DNA of 64,000 nt, taken from assembly GCA_963804995.1 (NCBI GenBank), contig CAWDSK010000003.1:1568001-1632000 (forward strand). Direction: 5' to 3'. Every line of letters starts with the position of its first letter. The stretch's first letter is position 1. The notes beneath the pieces are model-generated. The model did not search any database, was not told the origin of the DNA, and saw only the letters and a program-made list of their open reading frames with translations. A program made the translations under genes and the position numbers. The stretch is from an uncultured Acidobacteriota bacterium. Lineage in GTDB: Bacteria > Acidobacteriota > Terriglobia > UBA7540. Shown piece after piece: positions 1-10,385 of this stretch.

Positions 1-93
1 GGTGTGATCTCAGGCAGGCTGATCAACTTGTGACCACGGGTAAATGACGCCGCATTGGCACCGCGAAGCGGGCACTTTCCCGCGGCGTGGATT

Positions 94-294
94 TCAGGCG
101 TGACGCGGCCCACTGAGGATTCTTACTGGAAGAGTAATGATGGCGCGCAGCAGTTCGAACACGCCTCCGACGGCAATACCCAAGATCCGGAAGGGTAACA
201 TCAGGATCCAGACAAAGGGATAAAGCACGAGCGCTAACAGGGCAAGCGGCCAGCAGAGGACCAGCAGGATGCACCAGAGCAAGAACTTGACCAT
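94..294 (-). CDS. Small hydrophobic membrane protein (66 aa)
   Basis: MVKFLLWCILLVLCWPLALLALVLYPFVW...; ATG at 294 preceded by GAGGTG. Confidence 0.7.
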   Translation of the reverse strand: MVKFLLWCILLVLCWPLALLALVLYPFVWILMLPFRILGIAVGGVFELLRAIITLPVRILSGPRHA

Positions 295-478
295 GGGGTT
301 CACCTCAACGAGCGGCTGCACCTTATTGTACGCGGCAAAGTAGGTAAATGTTCCAGAATCTGGTTTACGTGTGTCCCGCCCGTTGCATTCACAGGCGGGT
401 TCGCTGATCGCTTGGGAACGTGAGGTGAATTAGTCTCAGGGCGGGGCGTTCGATGCCAGTGGTTGAAGGGTATATGAA

Positions 479-1360
479 ATGGCTCAAAATCCAGACGGTT
501 CTCGCAGGCAATTCTTAAGTACAAGCGGAAAAGTTCTACTCAGCGGCGCCATCGCCCGATTGTCGGGGGACTCTGGCGTGGCAACTAGTGCGGGCTTGTC
601 ACCCACGCCTGGCAAGTATCCCATCATCGACTGCCATGCGCATGCCGGGATCGAGAGGCTGGCAGGCACGGACTACGACCTTATCGCCCCCTGGGATGCG
701 ATTGCCGACCCGGCGCTAATCGCCAGGCATGCGGAAGAGGTGGGGATTGACCGGACCATCATCTTCCCGATTTTCTGCCTTAAGTACGCGGAGGCCAACC
801 GAGACATCGCGAAAATTGTGCAGCGCTATCCCGGGCGGTTTATCGGTTTCGCCAAGCACCAGCCGGTATACGAAAAAGGGGAAATCCGCTCCTTGCTATT
901 TCGGGAAGTGCACGAACTGGGTTTGCGGGGTTTGAAACTTCACGAACAACCCACCCCCGAGGTTCTGGACACGGTCAAGGAATTAGGCATACCCATTCTC
1001 TACCATCCCAGACGCGTTGCGCTTTACGAGGAGTTCGTCCCTAGCTACCCGACCGTCAATTTCATTCTGGCCCACATGGGCAGTGACCAGTCTGCGGACT
1101 GGCGCGAACACCTCGCGGCGATCGATTTGGCCAAGCGCTACCGGAACGTGCACCTTGATACATCTACTGCCTGTATCGTGGAATTCTTCGAAAGGGCGAT
1201 CCGGGAACTGCCGGCGCAGCAAATCATCTTCGGCTCGGATGAACCTGAAATCGACTGCCGATTGGAGTTACAAAAGATCCGCGTGCTGAAGCTCCCCCGG
1301 GAGAGCGAGGAACTAATCCTCGGAGGAAATATGCTCCGCCTTCTGGGAGGACGTTTTTAA
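479..1360 (+). CDS. Amidohydrolase family protein (Amidohydro_2) with Tat-like signal
   Basis: SRRQFL twin-arginine motif; IDCHAH, GLKLH, ILAHMG, IIFGSD metal-binding motifs. Confidence 0.9.
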   Translation: MAQNPDGSRRQFLSTSGKVLLSGAIARLSGDSGVATSAGLSPTPGKYPIIDCHAHAGIERLAGTDYDLIAPWDAIADPALIARHAEEVGIDRTIIFPIFCLKYAEANRDIAKIVQRYPGRFIGFAKHQPVYEKGEIRSLLFREVHELGLRGLKLHEQPTPEVLDTVKELGIPILYHPRRVALYEEFVPSYPTVNFILAHMGSDQSADWREHLAAIDLAKRYRNVHLDTSTACIVEFFERAIRELPAQQIIFGSDEPEIDCRLELQKIRVLKLPRESEELILGGNMLRLLGGRF

Positions 1361-1386
1361 GTTCCAGGAATTTGGAGAGGGCGACG

Positions 1387-2193
1387 ATGAATTCCAGGGT
1401 GATTGATTGCCACGGCCAGGTGGGTTCCGGAGAAACGTGGGCGGAGAAAACCCGTTGGGTGGATTACAAAGTAGAGTCGCTGCTGGAACGCGCCGCCGAG
1501 GCGGGAATCGATCAGACTTGCATCATGGCTCCGCAAAACGCGGCCTATGGGGAAAAGAACCGCCAGGTCGCCGACCTTTGCCAAAAACATCCCGACAAAC
1601 TGCTAGGCTTCGCCGTGCACAGTCCGCAACGGGAGGCTGGCCGGATGCGCACGATGCTTTTCGAGGAAGTGAAGTCGATGGGCCTTAAAGGCGTAAAATC
1701 CGACGGACATCCCACGCGCGAAATGCTGGATGTCGTCGCCGAACTCCAGATTCCCGTCTTGTACACTCCGGAGAGCCGCGACCTGACACAGTCGACGAGC
1801 GAGCGCGCGGAGAGGCGCTATCTCACACTGGAGGTCGTGCGCACCGGGCCTCCCTCAGAGTCCTATCACATGATGGCGATGCTCTATCCAACCGTCAATT
1901 TCATCTTGCCCCATCTTGGCAGCTACCGCTCTACGACCTGGTGGGCGCATATCAATGCGATTGATTTGGTCAAGAGGTATCCGAACGTTTACATTGAAAC
2001 CTCCGGGGTGTTGTCGCACAAGTTCCTGGAAATGGCAGCACAAGAACTTCCTGCGGAAAAGCTAATCTTCGGTACTTACGCCCCGGAATTGGACCCGCGC
2101 GTAGAGATCTACGCCATCAAACTGCTGAAGTTGCCTCCCCAGAAGGAAGCTCAAGTTTTAGGTGGAAACGCCCAGCGGTTGTTTGGATTGTAA
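1387..2193 (+). CDS. Amidohydrolase family protein, tandem paralogue
   Basis: Clearly similar to the upstream ORF (IDCHGQ, VNFILPHLGS, LIFGTYAPELDPRVE); several metal ligands are substituted. Confidence 0.85.
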   Translation: MNSRVIDCHGQVGSGETWAEKTRWVDYKVESLLERAAEAGIDQTCIMAPQNAAYGEKNRQVADLCQKHPDKLLGFAVHSPQREAGRMRTMLFEEVKSMGLKGVKSDGHPTREMLDVVAELQIPVLYTPESRDLTQSTSERAERRYLTLEVVRTGPPSESYHMMAMLYPTVNFILPHLGSYRSTTWWAHINAIDLVKRYPNVYIETSGVLSHKFLEMAAQELPAEKLIFGTYAPELDPRVEIYAIKLLKLPPQKEAQVLGGNAQRLFGL

Positions 2194-2221
2194 CCAAGCC
2201 AGTATTCCCTGCAACAGCCAG

Positions 2222-3004
2222 CTAATCCATCGGATAGAGGCTGCAGCCGCCATCTGCCAGCAGTGTTGTGCCGGTCATATAGTCCGAGGCGGATGAGCAC
2301 AAGAAGATGAAAGCGTCCGCCACCGATTCCGGGGGCTGCATGAAACCGAGCGGAATCGCCTTCTCCGCGCGACGGCGATAATCGGGTTCGGTGTCCCATT
2401 GCCGCTTGGCCATGCCGACTCCGACAATGCCGGGCGCAATGGAATTAACGCGAATTCCCTTCCCGGCCAATTCTCGCGCCATGCCGCGCATCAGCATCTT
2501 CATGCCGCTCTTACTGACGTTGTAAGGAGTGATGTCAGGCCACGGCGTATCCTGCACCCATGACGAGGTGAAAATAATCTTGCCCTTGATTTCCTTCGCC
2601 ACCATGGAGCGGGCCGCGGCTTGGGCAACCAAGAAGGCACTCCTCAGATTTACCCGCAGGATGCGATCCCAATCCTCAACCGCATAATCGAGAATCGGCC
2701 CGGACTGGGCCATGCCAGCGTGGCAGAGCGCGATATCCACGCGGCCGAAGGATTCTACTGTCTTCTCGATTAGCGACCGCGCGCCCTCGGCGGTCGTCAC
2801 GTCCGCCTGGAAATAAACGCACCGTTCGGCGGGACAGCCGGCGGCTTGCATCCACTGGTGCGCTTCCTTCTCCGGCACCACGTCGTTGATTACCACGCGC
2901 GCCGCGTGGGCAAGCAGTCTCTCGACGACGACTTTGCCTATCGCGCCCAGACCTCCGGTTATAAGGATGGCCTTGCCCTCGAGACAATCCTCGGCGAATG
3001 CCAT
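2222..3004 (-). CDS. SDR family NAD(P)-dependent oxidoreductase
   Basis: TGGLGAIG glycine motif, YNVSK catalytic motif, NSIAPG, DGG near the C-terminus. Confidence 0.92.
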   Translation of the reverse strand: MAFAEDCLEGKAILITGGLGAIGKVVVERLLAHAARVVINDVVPEKEAHQWMQAAGCPAERCVYFQADVTTAEGARSLIEKTVESFGRVDIALCHAGMAQSGPILDYAVEDWDRILRVNLRSAFLVAQAAARSMVAKEIKGKIIFTSSWVQDTPWPDITPYNVSKSGMKMLMRGMARELAGKGIRVNSIAPGIVGVGMAKRQWDTEPDYRRRAEKAIPLGFMQPPESVADAFIFLCSSASDYMTGTTLLADGGCSLYPMD

Positions 3005-3167
3005 GGTTCTCCCTCGTTACCCGGGATCAGATTGAACGCAAGAAGAGTGATTATAAACCCAAATCCCATTTCGCCAAACGACGCCTGAGCCCCGCACGAA
3101 TGCAGCTTTACTTTCCCGACTTTCTCTGATATTTGGCTGCTGACAGTAATGCGGGGTGGGCGGAACC

Positions 3168-3302
3168 ATGAAAATCACAGACACTAAAACCATCGTCGTT
3201 AACGCGCAAATGCGCAATTGGGTATTCGTCAAGGTGGAAACCAACGTCCCGGGACTCTACGGTTGGGTATTCCACGCGGATGGGTCGGTGGCGGAATGGT
3301 GA
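3168..3302 (+). pseudogene. Galactonate dehydratase / mandelate racemase-family gene reduced to its N- and C-termini (44 aa)
   Basis: MKITDTKTIVVNAQMRNWVFVKVETNVPGLYGW is joined in frame to VFHADGSVAEW*, matching the typical start and end of DgoD-like enzymes; the stop overlaps the next start. Confidence 0.75.
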
Positions 3303-4326
3303 ACAATCAATTCTGGTTGGGAATGGCAATAATTCTCGGAAGTGGGCTTCTGAACGGTGGGTTCGCCCTACCCATGAAATACTGCCGGAGCTGGAAGTGG
3401 GAGAACACGTGGCTCGTCTTCTCACTGGTGGGGATACTCCTGGTTCCCTGGACGCTGGCTTTTGGCCTCGTGCCGGGGCTCACACACGTTTACGCGAGTG
3501 TAACCCTGCGCGCGCTGCTGCTGCCCATGCTCTTCGGCCTGCTTTGGGGATTTGCCCAGGTAACCTTCGGAATCAGTTTGAGACTGGTCGGTGTAGCCTT
3601 GACCATTGCCGTCGTTTCCGGTCTCGCCAGCCTGTCCGGATCACTCGTGCCGCTGCTGGCATTTCATCCCGAGGACCTGTTCCGCCCGCGCGGGCTCCTG
3701 TTGTTACTCAGCATCCCCTTTCTGATTGTGGGCCTGATTCTCTATGCTTACGCCGGTCGCGCACGGGAGAAGGAGCAGGCGACGCCTGATACCGAGTCAT
3801 CACCGCGGAAGAGTGGTTTTTCGACCGGAATGGCCTTGTGCATTTTCACCGGAGTCTTCGGCTCGTGTTACAACCTGGGATTCGCATTTGGCGGTGAGGT
3901 GATTCGCTGAGCCTAAGACAGGGCGCCGGACCGTTAACCTCCACCTATGCGATATGGGCCCTGGTGCTGGGGGCGGGCAGCATTCCGAACCTGGTCTACT
4001 GTGTGTACCTGCTAGTAAAGAATCGCACGATGAACCTGTTCGCTCAGAGCGGCTGGCCCCGGGAAGCCGTCTTCGCCTTGGCGATGGCATTTGCCTGGGT
4101 CACGGCAGTGCTGAGTTACGGTATCGGAGCCACCTTTATCGGTTCCTACGGGACGTCGATCGGTTACATGCTGTTCACCGCCGGAAGCATCCTCTTCGCC
4201 AATGCTTTCGGATGGCTGACCGGAGAGTGGAAGGGAACGAGCACCCCAACCCGCAGGCTTTTGCTTGCGGCCATTGCCTTCATCCTGCTTGCCGTAATCG
4301 TTCTGAACCTCGGCGGTTTGATCTGA
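3296..4326 (+). CDS. L-rhamnose/H+ symporter (RhaT)-family transporter, split by a 1-nt frameshift near 3907
   Basis: GGFALPMKYCRSWKWENTW and WLTGEWKG RhaT-like motifs; reading continues in the next frame (LSLRQGAGPLTSTYAIWALVLGAG). Confidence 0.8.
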
Positions 4327-4440
4327 GCACGACGAAAGTAGCGGCTGGTGTGGTGTTTGGAAAACGCGCTTACTTTCGCGCAGACCTTAAGCGCAGGGCC
4401 CCTGAGGCGAGTACAATAGAGGAGATTTTGAGGTCCTCCC

Positions 4441-5903
4441 GTGAACCAGGAACTGCGTTCCCGAGTGTTGAGGTGGGTCCGCGTGCTCGCCGCACTCGGG
4501 CTGATCGGCGCCATCACACTTTTCTATTTTCGGATTGTCAACGTCAACAGCGTGACGGTGGCTCTAACTTTCCTTCTCGTGGTGCTGGGGGTTGCCACGC
4601 GCTGGGGTTTGCTGGAGGCGATTGCCGCGTCGATCGCCGGCATGCTTTGTTTCAACTACTTCTTTCTCCCGCCCATTGGAACGCTGACGATTGCCGATCC
4701 GCAGAACTGGATCGCCCTTTTCGCCTTCGTAGTGACGGCGGTAATCGCCAGCCATCTTTCCTCGAGTGCAAAAAACAATCGCTCGAGTCAGCCCGCCGCC
4801 AGCACGAGATGGAGCAACTTTACACCTTGAGCCGTAATCTGCTGCTCCTGGATACACGCGGCCCTCTTGCCCAACTGATTCCCAACCAGGTCGCGCAGGT
4901 TTTTAATTTGCAGGGTGTCGCGTACTTTGACCGTGCCAGTGACCGTATTTACCGCGCCGGGCCGCAGGACATTCCTGTGGAAGACAGCAAGCTGCGCGAC
5001 GCCGCATTACAAGGCACCGTTTTCCACGACCCCACGGCGCATACCACCGTGATGCCGATCAACCTGGGAGGCCCCCCCATTGGCAGCTTGGGAGTTCAGG
5101 GAACCACCGTATCCGAGACCGCTCTGCACTCCATCTCCAACCTCGCGGCCATCACTCTGGAGCGCGCCCATGCGCAGGATGTGGCCATGCGCGCCGAAGC
5201 CGCCCGGCAAAGCGAGGAGTTGAAATCCACGATGCTCGATGCCTTGGCGCACGAGTTCAAGACACCTCTCACCCCCATCAAGGCCGCCGTAACCTCCATG
5301 CTGGCTGACGGCGGCACCAGCCCGACGCATCAGGAACTCCTCCGCATTGTGGACGAGGAAACCGACCACCTGAACACCATGCTGACCGAGGCCATCCAAA
5401 TATCCCGCATCGAGGCGGGCCAACTCCATTTGCATCAAAGCCCCCATTCCCTCAGCGAAGTGGTTCGCGCTCAACTAGACAGGCTGGCAGGGACCCTGGA
5501 AGGGCGGGAAGTGGTCGTGGACGTTCCGGAAGATCTGCCCCGGGTGAGCGTTGACCCGGAGTTCATCGGAATCGTGATCTCGCAGTTGTTGAACAATGCC
5601 GTCCGCTACACCCCGCCGGGCAGTCCCCTCGCGATTCGCGCCCGGGCCGAAGAAGGCGGGCTGGTGATCAGCATCGAGGACCACGGGCAGGGGATTTCCG
5701 AACCGGAGCAGCAACGTGTTTTCGAGAAGTTTTTCAGGGGCAAGGAACATCGGGAGCGGATACCCGGCACGGGCGTGGGTCTCACCATCGCGAGAGAGAT
5801 TGTGCATGCTCACGGCGGAAAACTCTGGGTGGAAAGCCAGCCCGGCAAAGGCGCCAAGTTTTCATTTTCTGTCCCCTATGCTGTCAAGGAGTTGGCACAG
5901 TGA
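4441..5903 (+). CDS. kdpD: KdpD-like sensor histidine kinase (DUF4118 TM domain, GAF-like region, HisKA, HATPase), frameshift in an A-run near 4770
   Basis: FNYFFLPPIGTLTIADPQNWIAL, ALAHEFKTPLT, NAVRY, DHGQG, GTGVGL; adding one A joins ORF 4441 to ORF 3954-5903. Confidence 0.85.
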
Positions 5904-6601
5904 ATCATGCCAGGATCCTGGTCGTCGATGATGAGCCGCAGATTCGCCGCGTGATGCGAACCACTCTGGTGGGCCGCGGCTACGTGGTCAGCGATGCCCG
6001 AAGCGGTGAAGAGGCGCTGGAGAAACTCCGCGACGAGCGCTTTGACCTGGTGCTTCTCGATATGAACATGCCGGGTATGGGTGGAATGGAGGCGTGCCGC
6101 GTCATCCGTTCCCAAAGCGACATCCCCATTGTGATCCTCTCCATTCGCAATGCGGAGAAGGACAAAGTTGAAGTCCTGGATGCCGGAGCGGATGACTACA
6201 TCACCAAACCTTTCAGCACGCCGGAACTACTGGCGCGCATTCGTGCCGCCCTGCGGCGAGCGCCCCTCTCCAATCCCGCTCTCCCGGAGGTGCTCGACCT
6301 CGGCCGCACCATGATCAATTTTTCCGCCCGCCGAGTCACCGTGGATGGCAAGGAAGTGCGCTTGACCCCCAAGGAATTTGACCTCCTCCGTTACCTGGCC
6401 GGCAATCCGGAGGTGGCGATTCCCCATGCCAAACTTCTGCAAGCCGTGTGGGGACCTGACTACGGGGAGGAAGTTGAGTATCTGCGCGTCTTCGTCAATC
6501 AGCTTCGCAAGAAGATCGAGCCCGACCCTTCCCATCCCGAATATCTCCTGACCGAACCCTGGGTCGGTTACCGGTTCAGTCTCCCCAAAAAGCCAGCGTA
6601 G
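5900..6601 (+). CDS. kdpE: KdpE-like OmpR-family response regulator
   Basis: ILVVDDEPQIRR, GADDYITKPF, YLRVFVNQLRKKIEPDP, LLTEPWVGYRF; start overlaps the kinase stop (GTGA). Confidence 0.93.
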   Translation: MNHARILVVDDEPQIRRVMRTTLVGRGYVVSDARSGEEALEKLRDERFDLVLLDMNMPGMGGMEACRVIRSQSDIPIVILSIRNAEKDKVEVLDAGADDYITKPFSTPELLARIRAALRRAPLSNPALPEVLDLGRTMINFSARRVTVDGKEVRLTPKEFDLLRYLAGNPEVAIPHAKLLQAVWGPDYGEEVEYLRVFVNQLRKKIEPDPSHPEYLLTEPWVGYRFSLPKKPA

Positions 6602-6749
6602 CGCGAATTGATTTGTAGCGCGGTCCCCCGCTTTTGGGGTCCGCGGTTCTTCGTTCGGAAAACCCAAAACCCAGCCGCTTCCTGCCTACGATACTCTCGC
6701 TCAATTGGCTGGCGCAGACCCCCGCACGGGGGGGCCGGCGCCGCTGTCG

Positions 6750-7553
6750 TCAACGGGTGTATTCGACGCCATAGAACCGCCCCATGGTCCCATCGGCGCT
6801 CCACACGATTCTTCCCCTGGTTTCCACGGGGGTTTGGCCAGGGGCGTAAGGCAAGGTGATGTAAACGTCGTCGGTCATCGCAAAACGCTGGGTGCTGATA
6901 AAGCAGAGTCCGGACTTGGAGACGTTGCGGGTCTGGGCGATGTCCACGATTCCCGAATTGTTGCGGACCCGCAGTTGCATGGTAAGCTTCAAACGGCGGA
7001 CCCGCCGCTGGTCCGGGGCGCCCGGGGACAGAGCTTTGAGCGAGCGGCCCAGGATTTCCGGGGTGACGATCTGATCGCTGGGTTTCCAGCGCGTGGTCTC
7101 GTCGCAGCGCTCGCAATGGCGGGAGATGAGGCCCGTGGCCAGCAGCACGCCGTACTCAATGCTGGAGAGGGTGGTCTGCACCGCCGTCTTGCAGGCCGCA
7201 CATTCAATCAGCACTTTGGGTTGTGCGCTGTCAACATTCGACGCGAACTCCACGCCCCAGATGTCGTTCTCGGGATTGGCCGCCTCCACCCCCCACTCGC
7301 GCCGGCTGCCAAAAACCTGCTGGAGGGCGCCCACCACGCGGAATTCTTCTTCCAGCCCGTTTTCGAGGTTTCTGACCAACACGATGTCATCCGGCAGCAG
7401 GGAATTCGTCAGGCTGATACGCGCGCCTTGTTGATTGAAGCTAACCGTTACCGTCTCCTCGGCAAAAGACACACCATCCTTGTCGTTCCCAATCACGCGG
7501 ATGCGTACGGGAGCCAGTATACGTTCCGACCGGCGACGCTTCAGGAAGTCCAT
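6750..7553 (-). CDS. PilZ-domain protein (two PilZ-like domains around a CxxC...CxxC segment)
   Basis: RRRSER and QRRVRR...NVSKSG PilZ motifs; CAAC and CERC. Confidence 0.75.
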   Translation of the reverse strand: MDFLKRRRSERILAPVRIRVIGNDKDGVSFAEETVTVSFNQQGARISLTNSLLPDDIVLVRNLENGLEEEFRVVGALQQVFGSRREWGVEAANPENDIWGVEFASNVDSAQPKVLIECAACKTAVQTTLSSIEYGVLLATGLISRHCERCDETTRWKPSDQIVTPEILGRSLKALSPGAPDQRRVRRLKLTMQLRVRNNSGIVDIAQTRNVSKSGLCFISTQRFAMTDDVYITLPYAPGQTPVETRGRIVWSADGTMGRFYGVEYTR

Positions 7554-7767
7554 GAGCCTGTGTGTTAAAAAAGGGGTTACTTCAATCTTCAGCGGTCATC
7601 ACCACGCTGAGATTAACTAGGTGGATATAAACGCGAGACCAAGCTTCACCCAGCCCCCCACTTACTAATCGATAGCTGAAAAATACCTTAAGCCTGGGAT
7701 GCTGTCAACCATACTGGGCGTACGCCCAGGAGGCATGGGCGCGGCCAGGGCAGGCCGGCAAACCCTA

Positions 7768-7920
7768 GCTGTAGCACAGCCACTCCTGGCTGTGTCGTTA
7801 GGCTCGAACCCCGAGTCGCCTTCACAGGCAGGAACCCTGAGGCTGTAGCACAGCCACTCCTGGCTGTGTCGTTGGGCTCGAACCTCGAGCCTCGTTCACA
7901 GGCAGGAGTGCCTGTGCTAC
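7768..7920. repeat. GTAG-type REP cluster with a ~74-bp tandem duplication
   Basis: GTAGCACAGCCACTCCTGGCTGTG at 7771 and 7845; inverted partner CACAGGCAGGAGTGCCTGTGCTAC ends at 7920. Confidence 0.85.
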
Positions 7921-8019
7921 CGTAAGGGATCGTCCGGTCGGGAACGAAAGCCCTTTTGGGTTTTGAATAAGTGTTAGTCAGCAATATCGGGCATGGGCGG
8001 GGACATGACCCGCTTCATT

Positions 8020-8427
8020 TCAGGATGCGGCGCTGGAACCTTGCTTACCTTTGGGTTTCGCCTTGGCAGATCCGGAAGCCCCTGGGGATTGCTTCAGCAG
8101 AGCCAGGGCGGCGGCTTCCGTGGCGGCAATCTCAAAGAACTGGGTCAGGTTCACGTCATCCAGAATTTTCCGAACGTGCTCATTCAGGTTGGCGAGAACA
8201 ATCTGCCCGCGAGCATTCTGCACGGTGACGCGCGCCCCGGCCAGGAAACCGAGGCCCGTGGAATCGATGTAGGGCACGTCGGCGAAATCCACGATCAACT
8301 TGTTCTTCCCGGCGTCCACCAGGTCCTTGACCTTCTGGCGAAGGTAAGGGCCGTCACTGCCCGCCAGGAATTTCCCACCGAGACTCAATACCGCCGCATC
8401 CTCGTTCGAACGCACCGTGATTGTCAC
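8020..8427 (-). CDS. STAS-domain anti-sigma factor antagonist
   Basis: LIVDFADVPYIDSTGLGFL with the conserved phospho-Ser; GTG start after GAGGTG. Confidence 0.9.
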   Translation of the reverse strand: MTITVRSNEDAAVLSLGGKFLAGSDGPYLRQKVKDLVDAGKNKLIVDFADVPYIDSTGLGFLAGARVTVQNARGQIVLANLNEHVRKILDDVNLTQFFEIAATEAAALALLKQSPGASGSAKAKPKGKQGSSAAS

Positions 8428-8624
8428 CGTTTCACCTCGTCGCTCGGGACCGCTGTCCATTTCCGCGTCGTGCCCGCCGGCTGGCGCCGGAAGCCAGGCA
8501 CTTATGGAAACGAATTTGGCGGCTAATCTGTCATGCTACGGGAGGTAAGGAAGTTATGTCAAGTGCCTCAACGCGAATCGGGATTAAGGAGAAAAAAGGC
8601 GAGACGTTGCCTGCCGGGGAGGGA

Positions 8625-9158
8625 TCAGGCAGCCTGCTCGGGGCGGGATTTGCTGTTGGCAATTACCAGTTTCATTTCACATTCTTCACCAAAACTGCTG
8701 GTCACCAGAAACCCAACGCGCCGGTATACCCGCAGGGCGGCAAGGTTCGAGAGCTCGGTGGTGAGGAATACCTCTGCGAAACCGCACTGCTCAGAAAAGG
8801 CCACGGACAGGCGGGTCAGCGCCGTGCCCAATCCCATGCAACGGTAGTCCTGATGCACGAAGATGGTGAACTCCACGGCGGCATCGGAGATCGGACACAA
8901 GATGGCATGGGCCGCCACGCGCTCGCCCTCCCAGGCCAGCAAAGCCCGCGACTTCTGCTGCAAGCGGTCGAGCCACAGTGCGATGCGGGGAACATCCGGC
9001 GGCGGAAGCCCCTGCGCCACACGTTTCGGCTCAAACCACTTGTACATCTCGGCCAGGGGGCGGAAATCCTGCAACGTGTATTCCCGAACCTGGAGGGCCT
9101 TCCCGGTTCGGGTTTGAATGTCGACTGGCGTAAATGTGGGGTCTTGGAGCGACGTCAT
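8625..9158 (-). CDS. GNAT-family N-acetyltransferase
   Basis: VHQDYRCMGLGT acetyl-CoA motif; NLAALRVYRRVGF. Confidence 0.85.
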   Translation of the reverse strand: MTSLQDPTFTPVDIQTRTGKALQVREYTLQDFRPLAEMYKWFEPKRVAQGLPPPDVPRIALWLDRLQQKSRALLAWEGERVAAHAILCPISDAAVEFTIFVHQDYRCMGLGTALTRLSVAFSEQCGFAEVFLTTELSNLAALRVYRRVGFLVTSSFGEECEMKLVIANSKSRPEQAA

Positions 9159-9457
9159 AGATATTCGGTGGATATGGGGCACGAAAGTTGCCAAACCGGG
9201 GAGCAACCTGGCGACTTGGCAAAAAGTAGGTCTAGTGACAATACGTCACTTAGGGCTCTGTCCCAGGGCAACTGGGACTCCAGGTTTCCCTCCTTTTCAT
9301 TTTCCATTTTCGATTGAGTGAAATCTCGCAGTCCCACTTGAAGCCCGGCGAGGCCCTACGCGGCCGTTGTCCCACGTGAAAAGCCCGTTGTAAGGTGAAC
9401 TTTGGCCGAATGCCGCAAATTCAATCCATCATGATTGCCGGTATGTTGAAAAATCCG

Positions 9458-10234
9458 CTACAGGGCTAAAGGCAGGGAATTATCAGGCGACTGCACGTGG
9501 CGGAGAAAAGCCTCGGCAAAACGGCAGCCGCATTCGTGACCCCGGAAGCGATTCATCTCGTCGTGATAGCGGTACATCTCATCCGGATTTTGGCTGGCGT
9601 GAGCAAAGCAGGCTTCCCGCTTGCGCGCTTCCGTGGCCGTAATATCAACATAGTGGGTGGGCCAGAAATGCGATGTCTGCGCACCGGACATGACCTCGTA
9701 GAAATAGAGGGCGAACTTCTTCCCATCGTGCAGCCACGCGTCATAGACCATCATCGACGTAGCGCGATGATCTTCGTGCGAATCAATGGGCCATTGGGTA
9801 TAGACCAGGTCCGGTTTCTCAGCCTCCAGAATCTTGCGGAACTCGTCGTAGCGGGCGTAGGTCACCTCAACCCTGCCATTCACCTGCCCGGCAAACACGG
9901 GGCGTGCCTTCAGGATTTCGCAGGCCTTCTCAGCCTCCGCGGTTCGAATCTTCCCCGCCTCGTCGTAGGACTTCCCTTTGATCCCGCGTTCGCCTCGGGT
10001 GAGATAGAGCACCACGACCTCGTGCCCCAAATCGCTGTAGCGCGCGATGGTGCCGCCGCAACCGGTCTCAGGGTCATCGGGATGCGCCCCCGACACCACG
10101 ACTTTCAGCTTGCGTGCGGACTGGACGCCGCCTGCTTGGGGAGCTTCGGCGGCTCCGAGCAACGGCAATCCAACTGCAGCCGCGCCCGCCCCTGCCGCCT
10201 GATTCAACAATTCGCGGCGCGTAAGTTCTTTCAT
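9458..10234 (-). CDS. PIG-L/LmbE-family deacetylase with Tat signal
   Basis: TRRELL signal; AHPDD and HEDH motifs; HASQ. Confidence 0.9.
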   Translation of the reverse strand: MKELTRRELLNQAAGAGAAAVGLPLLGAAEAPQAGGVQSARKLKVVVSGAHPDDPETGCGGTIARYSDLGHEVVVLYLTRGERGIKGKSYDEAGKIRTAEAEKACEILKARPVFAGQVNGRVEVTYARYDEFRKILEAEKPDLVYTQWPIDSHEDHRATSMMVYDAWLHDGKKFALYFYEVMSGAQTSHFWPTHYVDITATEARKREACFAHASQNPDEMYRYHDEMNRFRGHECGCRFAEAFLRHVQSPDNSLPLAL

Positions 10235-10385
10235 AATCGTCTACCCCCGATTGGGACGAATAACGGAAAACTGACCTTTACTTCTTTCGGCCGTTCCCTC
10301 CCACAAAACCAGAGGCGCGGTGGCGTCAAATCGCCTTTGCATCATCAGCGCTTCTTCAGGCCTTTAAACCGCCAGCGCCCCGGCC

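Noticed and set aside
3954..4770. Long novel N-terminal extension on the histidine kinase
   Set aside because: Out-of-frame read-through of the transporter and DUF4118 coding regions caused by the frameshift near 4770.
7554..7770. c-di-GMP riboswitch upstream of the PilZ gene
   Set aside because: No recognisable GEMM consensus on the coding strand; the hairpins nearby are REPs.
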